Origin: Kiritimatiellia bacterium
GTDB taxonomy: Bacteria; Verrucomicrobiota; Kiritimatiellia; CAIQIC01; Lenti-01
DNA length: 64,000 nucleotides
Direction of reading: 5' to 3'
Assembly: GCA_040768005.1 (NCBI GenBank)
Contig: JAXGNL010000001.1
Span: 7,008 to 71,007, forward strand
A program made the translations under genes and the position numbers. Shown here piece after piece: positions 1-7,010 of the stretch (position 1 is the first letter of the stretch; each line of letters starts with the position of its first letter). The notes beneath the pieces are model-generated. The model had not been told where the DNA came from. It searched no databases and saw only the letters and a list, made by a program, of their open reading frames with translations.

Positions 1-812
1 TCTTCGGGGGGCAGGGCGGATTCCATGCTGAATTCCGCCACGCCGGCGGTGTAGCTGCGCTGGGCGACGCCGCGCACATCGGAGGGGCGTCCCCGCAGAG
101 AGTCGCGCAGCGCCTTGAGTTTCCAGAGCTGGTCCACGCCGCCCACGGTCAGTTCCACACGGTGGGGAAAGGCGCCGGCGCCCGGATCGCCGCCGGGCGT
201 CCATTTAGACAGCATGTCCGGGAGCAGGGAATCCAGGGCCTTCTCGCCGGCGCCGCGCAGGGCTTTGGCGCTTCCGCTGACATCTTCCAGGCCGACCACC
301 GTGACGTCTTCGGAAGCGGCGGCGAGGGTGGCGGAATTATCGGTGCGGACGGCGCGCAGGGTGGCCACGGCCTGGTAGGAGCGCAGATTGGTGTCGGAGA
401 TGCGGCGGGCGGAGGGTTTGGCCACGGCTTCGCCGATGAGGACAATATCCGCGCCGAACTGCGTGCCGAGGGCGGCGGCGCCGCGGTTGTCGCCGGCGGC
501 GATCAGCATCTGCCGGCTGCGGGCGATGTTGGCGCGCACCATGTCCTGATCCACCACGGGCACATTCTGGGCGATCAGTTTCTTCACGGCCATGGCTTCG
601 ACCTCGGCCGTGGCGATCGTGCCGAGACTCTTTTCGTCCACGATGATCATGACCCGCGGCAGGAAAGACGGGGCGACGGATTGTTTCCGGACCGTTGGGC
701 GCGGAGCGGGCGCCGGGCGGGAAGCGACCGGCGCTTGAGCGGGCCCGGTCGGGGTGACGCAGCCGGCCAGCAGGAGGAGAAGGGGGAGAAAAACGATGGA
801 ACGAATTTTCAT
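1..812 (-). CDS. lipoprotein of unknown function, C-terminus beyond the window edge (not in the ORF track)
   Basis: Own reverse translation from the ATG at 812 gives MKIRSIVFLPLLLLLAGCVTPTGPAQ..., a signal peptide plus lipobox LLAG|C. The frame stays open to position 1. AAGGAA lies 7 nt upstream of the ATG. The start is 14 nt after the stop of 827..1393. Confidence 0.6.
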   Translation of the reverse strand, partial: MKIRSIVFLPLLLLLAGCVTPTGPAQAPVASRPAPAPRPTVRKQSVAPSFLPRVMIIVDEKSLGTIATAEVEAMAVKKLIAQNVPVVDQDMVRANIARSRQMLIAAGDNRGAAALGTQFGADIVLIGEAVAKPSARRISDTNLRSYQAVATLRAVRTDNSATLAAASEDVTVVGLEDVSGSAKALRGAGEKALDSLLPDMLSKWTPGGDPGAGAFPHRVELTVGGVDQLWKLKALRDSLRGRPSDVRGVAQRSYTAGVAEFSMESALPPE

Positions 813-826
813 GATAGGGATTCCTT

Positions 827-1393
827 TCAACGCAGGTGACGGTTCAGGGCGACAGCCATGTCATGGACGACTTTCCGGGAATGCTGGGCCAGGGTATCGT
901 TCCGGCCGCCCCGCGCCGCGTGATCCACGCTCCACAGGATCTTGCCGGTGCCGCAATCGATCAGGCGGATCGTGATGCCGACGACGGGACAGGAGCGGCC
1001 GCCGAGCGCCGCGGTTTCATATTCCGAGACCGTGCCGATGATGACGGCCTGGGCGCCGGCCATCTGGCCGAGCTGGGCGGCCTGGCCGGCCGTCAGGCCG
1101 GAGAGGGCGACTTCGGTTTCGCCCAGCACGCCGGACATCTGTGCGCGTTCCACCAGTTCGTAGCGGGTCAGCTTCATCATTTCGGTGACGAACTGGTCCG
1201 ACACGGAGCCGCCGATCAGCGTGGTGGCGGCCTTGAAGGGAAGAATGCCGACTTTGGCGATGTCCAGGGCTTCGCGAGCGACATAGACATTGGGTTCGCC
1301 GGTGCCGGCACCGCCGGAGGTGGAGCCGCCGGGTGCCGCGCAACCCGCCAGCAGGGCCAGGAGGGGAAGAGGAATCAACCAGTTGAATTTCAT
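827..1393 (-). CDS. small lipoprotein with a CsgG/TolB-N-like (LpoB/FlgO-like) alpha/beta domain
   Basis: 188 aa ORF with lipobox LLAG|C in MKFNWLIPLPLLALLAGC. The core VGILPFKAATTLIGGSVSDQFVTEMMKLTRYELVERAQMSGVLGETEVALSGL...AQAVIIGTVSEY...IRLIDCGTGKILWS fits the CsgG-family pattern. It is clearly paralogous to the N-terminus of 7011..9509. AGGAG lies upstream of the ATG. Confidence 0.7.
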   Translation of the reverse strand: MKFNWLIPLPLLALLAGCAAPGGSTSGGAGTGEPNVYVAREALDIAKVGILPFKAATTLIGGSVSDQFVTEMMKLTRYELVERAQMSGVLGETEVALSGLTAGQAAQLGQMAGAQAVIIGTVSEYETAALGGRSCPVVGITIRLIDCGTGKILWSVDHAARGGRNDTLAQHSRKVVHDMAVALNRHLR

Positions 1394-1402
1394 GCGGGTC
1401 TC

Positions 1403-1789
1403 CTATTTCATTTCCAGTTTCCGGACGCGTGAATCCAGCGACTGAAGACGGGTGACGGTCTGCTCCATCTGCTGCACCCGTCGTTCCAGTTCGGCGATGC
1501 GACGTTCGATGTTGTAGGCGATGGAAGGGGGGCGGGATCCCGGTCCCAAACGGGCTTCCAGGGCGTCCAGGCGTTGCAGAAGGGCCTTCCATTCGGCTTC
1601 GGTGACCACAGGGACCGGCGGGGGCGGAGATTCCTCCATGTCGGCCGGACGGGTCGGGGCGGTGCCGGCGTCGGGGAACACGCTTTCCACCGGGCTGACG
1701 ACCTGGCCGGCGGCCGGCCCCGCGCCAAGGATCAGCAGGCAGAACAGAACGAGTGCGAACGGAGCGGTTTTCATGGGGAAGGTGTTCAT
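1403..1789 (-). CDS. small secreted coiled-coil protein
   Basis: Track ORF 1403..1825. Start placed at the ATG at 1789, which forms an ATGA overlap with the stop of 1786..4520. Hydrophobic N-terminus MNTFPMKTAPFALVLFCLLILGAGPAAG, then a heptad-like tail (RRIAELERRVQQMEQTVTRLQSLDSRVRKLE). Confidence 0.55.
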   Translation of the reverse strand: MNTFPMKTAPFALVLFCLLILGAGPAAGQVVSPVESVFPDAGTAPTRPADMEESPPPPVPVVTEAEWKALLQRLDALEARLGPGSRPPSIAYNIERRIAELERRVQQMEQTVTRLQSLDSRVRKLEMK

Positions 1790-4520
1790 TGTCCGGAGTT
1801 CGACATACCGATTTTCCAGCCGCATTTGGGACAGACGATCCAGTAGAGCACATCATCGCCGGGCCCCGGTGGTTGTTTGCCGCAGGGGTAGTGTTTGCAA
1901 CGGGCGCAGACCAGCCACCAGTCACGAGGGGGCGTGGAAGAGGCGGGAGGCGTGGTACTGGTGGCTGGAGTTGCAGACGTGGAGGTTGTCGTCGGGGGGG
2001 TGTTGGTGGCCGTGGAGACGGTTTCGCGGTCGCAGATGGGGCACCGGGAGGGCCCGGGCGGCTTGCCGGTCCAGGTGTAACTGCAGCCATAGGTAATGGT
2101 GATGGTGCCGTCATCGTTCCGGGTGCTGCTGCTGACGCCGATGGGGTCCGTGGGATCGGGCGTGGGCAGGTCGGCGGAAGCGGTACCGGCACCGGATGAA
2201 CTGGAACTGGAAGAAGCGGTGCCGGTGGGTTTGGAGCCGCCGGAGGAGGCGCTGGAAGCCGGGGGCTTTTTCTGTCCGGAGGAACCCGAAGAAGAGGAGC
2301 CGGAAGACGGGGAGGCGGCGGTCCGGGTTTCACCGGCGCCGGATTCCCCGGCGGCATCCGAATCATCTTCGTCCGAGCCGAAGATTTCGCCGACGACTTC
2401 GTCCGCGGCGCCCTGGCCGAGGGCCTGGCCGAAGGCCTTGCCGCCTTCGGTAATGCCGGATTCAACGGCATCGCCGATGGCCTTGCCCCAGCTGTTTTCC
2501 CGGTCGGCCTTGTTGACGTTCCGGGTGGAGTCGTCCCGGATATTCCGGGCATCGCGTCCGCCGGCATCCTTCGTGGTCTTGGCATCGCGGATCTGCTGGT
2601 TGCCGATATTGGAAGATTCCTCCATCTGGGCATTCTGGGCCATGGTCAGGGAACTGTCGGCCCCGCGCTGTTCCTGGTTGCCGGTCCATTGGGACGAAAA
2701 GTCGTCCGCCGTCTTGTATCCGTTGGCGGCCAGGTCCACATCCACATCGGCATCGGACGGGGGTTCCGCGTCGCGCGGATCGGGGGAACCCCGGAGTGGT
2801 TCTGCCCTCGCCGGTGCCACTTCATAGGTGGTCTGCGAGATGACATTGCCATCCGCGTCGGTTTCGGTTTCCGTGGCGCTGACGATGTTTCCGTCGGCAT
2901 CGCGGGTTTCGGTAAGCGTGATGCGGCTGCCGTCTTCGCCTTCGACATAGCCCTTGGTGATGGTGCTTTCGCCGGAAGAGGTGTCCGGCGCCGGGTCATC
3001 GGTTTCGTCCGGCATTGACGTATCGTCGGATTCCGGGATGTCCTCCGGTTCATTTTCGGCTTCGTCATCGGTGACTTCGGGTTCGTCCGCCGCGGTCTCT
3101 TCCCCTCCGCTGCTTGAACCCGTCCGATCTTCTTCCGCGGAGTCCGCAGTTTCTTTCTCTTCCGCGGATTCAGAATCGTCGTTGTCTTCGGATTCTTCGG
3201 TTTCTTCGTCTTCCGTTTCCGCCTGGGGTTCCGGGACATAGCCGGTCTCTTGCTCATCGCCGCCGGGCTCCAGGGAGGTGTCGGGCGATTCCCCGTCGGG
3301 CTCAACCGGTTCGGATTCCGCTTCCGGCTCGGTTTCCTGGCCGTCTTTCTCCTCCGGCTCCGAATCGGTGTTGCTTTCCGGATCGGCCGGGCCGGTCACC
3401 TTGTCATCCGCTTCCTTCGCTGCCTCTTCGTCGCCGTCTTCGTCTTCCTGGAGGATTTTCGGGAGAACTTTTTTGGACAGATCGCCGGCGATGGCGTCCG
3501 GGGAGAATTCCCCGATTTTCCTGGCGGCGTCTTCCAGCCGCTTGTCCCCGGTGACCCGGGCCAGGTCTTCGAAGATTTTCTGCAGGCGTTCCTGGCCTTC
3601 GCCGTATTTCTCGTATTTGTCCATCAACTCGTCGTAGCGGTCCTGGCCCAGGGCCTTTTTCAGCGCTTCATCGGCCTGGCCGAGCATTTCGCTTTTATAC
3701 TCGCCGATCTTGTCCTTGAGCCGGTCTTCAATCTGTCCCTGGACAAAATCCCGGGCGGCGCCGGAGGGATCATCGGAGATGGCCTTGGCCTGTTTTGCGG
3801 CTTCCTCCATCCATTCGACAGCCTTGGTGGAGGTGCCGACGGTGAGGGCGTCGAGCGCCTTGATATACGTGTCGGCGCCGGCGGCGACGCCTTGGCGGAG
3901 ATCCTGTTCCAGAATATCGATACCGCGGACCTTCAGTTCGCCGGCGGTGATGTTGTAATCGCTGGAAGCCTCATCCGTGGCGGTGGTCAGTTGGGAGTGC
4001 ATCTTGGTGGCCAGGCCCCGGCTGTTGTTTTCGAACGGGTCCATGACCGCCGGCGTGTCTCCGCGGGTATGGTCCTTTCCATCGAGGAAGTTCCGCCAGA
4101 ACTGGCCTGATTTTTCGCCCCGGGGATCGTCCTTTGGACTGAACCCGTACACCTTGTTCAAGGCCTTGTTGTCCTGCAGAGAGCGGTAGTACTGGTCCAG
4201 TTTGCGCTGATCCTTGACGCGGGGTTTCCCCTTCTCATCGTAGTAGATGGCGCCCTGGTAGGAGAGGACACTCAGGATGCGCTCCCGGTCGCGCTTGTTC
4301 CGCTCGGCGGGATTGACGAACTTTCCGGCCGCCGAGTCGGTGATGTACGTGCCGGCGTCGTTGACCTTTTGCTTGATCCCGCCGGCACATAATTGAATCC
4401 GTCGCCGATGGCGTCCATGACGCCGGCTCCGGCGCCAACAGGCAAGGCGAGCAGCCAGATTGCGCCGGCCGCCAGGCTGGAAACGAAGAATCGGCGGGGA
4501 GACATGGGGGGGCGGTTCAT
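1786..4520 (-). CDS. giant polyacidic secreted protein, paralog A (reading frame broken near 4383-4390)
   Basis: The body is track frame 1786..4551 from ...GGIKQKVNDAGTYITDS onward. The signal peptide MNRPPMSPRRFFVSSLAAGAIWLLALPVGAGAG is in another frame (track ORF 4272..4544), with its ATG at 4520 preceded by AGGAGAGG. The protein has a helical head, a long D/E/S/T/P-rich linker, a ~325 aa module shared with 4591..6996, and terminal CxxC pairs. Confidence 0.6.
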
Positions 4521-4590
4521 GCTGACCTCTCCTGGAAGTGCCATTGGCCATGGGCAGCGGGATCCATTCGCCGGATCACATTGAAGGGGG

Positions 4591-6996
4591 TCATTCGATT
4601 TCCACCGTGATCAAGGTGCTGCCTTTGACGAAATGGCCGTTGGCGCATTTATAGACGCGTCCATAGAGATAGTGATCGTTTTGAAACGTGACGGGTGCCT
4701 TGCAGACCGGGCATCCGGCCCGTGTTTTTTTGGGGGCGGTCGGCGGGGAGGCGGGGGCGGTCACGGCGGTTGCGGCCGGACTTGGGGACGTGGCGGTCGG
4801 CGTCGTGGGGGGTGCCGGAGGGGTGTTGGTGGCCGTGGAGACGGTTTCGCGGTCGCAGATCGGGCATCGGGCGGGGCCGGGGGGCTTGCCGGTCCAGGTG
4901 TATCCGCAGCCATAGGTGATGGTGATGGTTCCGTCGGGGTTCCGGGTGCTGCCGGTGACGCCGATGGGGTCGGCGGGATCCGGTGCGGGCAAGCCGGCGC
5001 TGGCAGTGCCTGCGCCGGACGAGCCGGACCCGGAAGAAGCGGTGCCGGTGGGTTTGGAGCCGCCGGAGGAGGCGCTGGAAGCCGGGGGATTTTTCCGGCC
5101 GGAGGAACCCGAAGAAGACGAGCCGGAAGACGGGGTGCCGGCGGTCTGGGTTTCGCCGGCGCCGGATTCCCCGGCGGCATCCGAATCCTCCTCGTCCGAG
5201 CCGAAGATTTCGCCGACGACTTCATCTGCGGCGCCCTGGCCGAGGGCCTGGCCGAAGGCCTTGCCGCCTTCGGTGATGCCGGATTCGACGGCATCGCCGA
5301 TGGCCTTGCCCCAGCTGTTTTCCCGGTCGGCCTTGTTGACGTTCCGGGCGGAGTCGTCCCGGATATTCCGGGCGTCGCGTCCGCCGGCATCCCGGGTGAT
5401 TTGGGCATCACGGATCTGCTGGTTGCCGATGTTGGCGGATTCCTCCATCTGGGAGTTCTGGGCCATGGTCAGGGAACTGTCGGCGCCGCGCTGCTGCTGG
5501 CTGTCCGTCCATTGGGACGAGAAGTCGTCCGCGGCGTTGTATCCGTCCGCGGCCAGATCCACATCCACCTCGGCATCGGACGGCGGTTCGGCGTCGCGCA
5601 GATCACGGTCCGGCCGGGTGGTTTTGCCCTCGCCGGTGCCGCCTTCATAAGTGGTTTGCGAGATGATATTGCCGTCTGCGTCGGTTTCGGTTTCCGTGGC
5701 GCTGACGATGTTTCCGTCGGCATCGCGGGTTTCAGTGAGAGTGATGCGGCTGCCGTCTTCGCCTTCGACATAGCCCTTGGTGATGGTGGACTCGCCGGGT
5801 GCGCCGCCGGCATCGGGCGCCGGGCCGGAAGCGGGCGGAGACACTTCGGGCGGGGTCCCTTCCGCATCGTCTTCCGCTTCTCCGTCGCCGGCATCATCCG
5901 GGCCGGCGTTTTCCTCGGCGTCCGTGTCCTTATCGTCTTCGCCGTCCGGGGCAGCCTCTCCGTCGTCGGAGTCTTCGTCATCGCTCTCCGTTCCGCCGCC
6001 AACGGATTCCTCCGGGATGGAATCGTCCGGCTCGTCGGGAGGGGCAGTGGATTCATCCGGTCCGCTTTCGGCATCGTCCGTTTCGGGTTGATCCGGCTCG
6101 GATTCCTCCTCCCCTTCATTTTCATCGTCCGACGGCGTTTCGCCGGTTTCTCCGGTTTCGCTGTCGGCGGGCGGTTTGGTTCCGGTTTTCTCTCCGGCGG
6201 CGGTTTCCGGGCCGTTTTCGCTGCCGGGGGGAGACACCGCTCCCGGTTCCTTTCCCGGAGATTCCGGCTGGTCAGGGGCGGTGCCGGTTTCCGGCACGGA
6301 TTCCGGCTTTGCTTCGGGCTCGGTTTTCCCGGGGGAAGCGGGTGGCTTTGGAGGAGGGGGAGGCGGCGCATAGGTGCTGACGGCGTATCCCTCCTCCTTC
6401 ATGAAGGATTTCCAGTCGTCGAGCGACATGGTGAATGCGCCTTTTCGAAAGCCGGAAAACCGGCCTTCGGCGCCGCTGTGGTACCAGAGATCCATGACAT
6501 ATTCCTTGCCATCGACCTGTACAACGGGTGCGCCATGATTCCGGTTCACGTTGAAGGGGGTGGAATAGCCGAGGCCTGCCGGTTCCACCGCGATGCTGCC
6601 GGTCTGGAAGCCGGCGCCTTCCAATGCGGAGTTGATGTTCACGGTCAGGTCGCCGCAGGTCCCCGGGGCTTCGCCGATTCCCTGCCGGCCTTTGCCGAAA
6701 TACCAGTTGTTGGGTTTGATGCCGGCGGCGTCATAGCGTTGTCCCACTTTGTCGGCCACGTACCTGGCCCGATCCAGGGGGGGCATTTTCTGCACATCCG
6801 GATCCTGGGCAATGGATTCCCCGTATTGCTTCCAGTCCTTGCCATCCCATTGGTCCAGCGGCTTGGTTTTAAACGAAGGCGCGGCGGGGGGGGCGGCGGG
6901 AGCCGGCACCGCGGCCAGCAGGACGCTGCAAAGAATCCATCGGCCGATCCATCCCGGCCGTTGAACCGGAGTCCGCGGGGGGCGGCCGGGAAACAC
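4591..6996 (-). CDS. giant polyacidic secreted protein, paralog B, with a transglutaminase/papain-like N-terminal domain
   Basis: Track frame 4591..7611. The upstream part overlaps 7011..9509 and is Arg-rich noise. The start is therefore placed at the in-frame GTG at 6996 (alternative TTG at 7002), giving MFPGRPPRTPVQRPGWIGRWILCSVLLAAVPAPAAP. Head domain motifs are GTCGD...NHGAPV...VMDLW. These are followed by a polyacidic linker, the shared module (GESTITKGYVEGEDGSRITL...ITITYGCGYTWTGKPPGP) and CxxC pairs. Confidence 0.7.
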   Translation of the reverse strand: MFPGRPPRTPVQRPGWIGRWILCSVLLAAVPAPAAPPAAPSFKTKPLDQWDGKDWKQYGESIAQDPDVQKMPPLDRARYVADKVGQRYDAAGIKPNNWYFGKGRQGIGEAPGTCGDLTVNINSALEGAGFQTGSIAVEPAGLGYSTPFNVNRNHGAPVVQVDGKEYVMDLWYHSGAEGRFSGFRKGAFTMSLDDWKSFMKEEGYAVSTYAPPPPPPKPPASPGKTEPEAKPESVPETGTAPDQPESPGKEPGAVSPPGSENGPETAAGEKTGTKPPADSETGETGETPSDDENEGEEESEPDQPETDDAESGPDESTAPPDEPDDSIPEESVGGGTESDDEDSDDGEAAPDGEDDKDTDAEENAGPDDAGDGEAEDDAEGTPPEVSPPASGPAPDAGGAPGESTITKGYVEGEDGSRITLTETRDADGNIVSATETETDADGNIISQTTYEGGTGEGKTTRPDRDLRDAEPPSDAEVDVDLAADGYNAADDFSSQWTDSQQQRGADSSLTMAQNSQMEESANIGNQQIRDAQITRDAGGRDARNIRDDSARNVNKADRENSWGKAIGDAVESGITEGGKAFGQALGQGAADEVVGEIFGSDEEDSDAAGESGAGETQTAGTPSSGSSSSGSSGRKNPPASSASSGGSKPTGTASSGSGSSGAGTASAGLPAPDPADPIGVTGSTRNPDGTITITYGCGYTWTGKPPGPARCPICDRETVSTATNTPPAPPTTPTATSPSPAATAVTAPASPPTAPKKTRAGCPVCKAPVTFQNDHYLYGRVYKCANGHFVKGSTLITVEIE

Positions 6997-7010
6997 CGGC
7001 AACGTCGGTT

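Noticed and set aside
1017-2633. 538 aa minus-strand ORF and other alternative-frame ORFs overlapping the acidic paralogs (2646..3305, 4761..5411, 5469..6371).
   Set aside because: They are on the same strand but in a different frame from the motif-bearing proteins. Their Pro/Arg/Lys-rich products are the frame-shifted image of the Asp/Glu/Ser-rich linkers.
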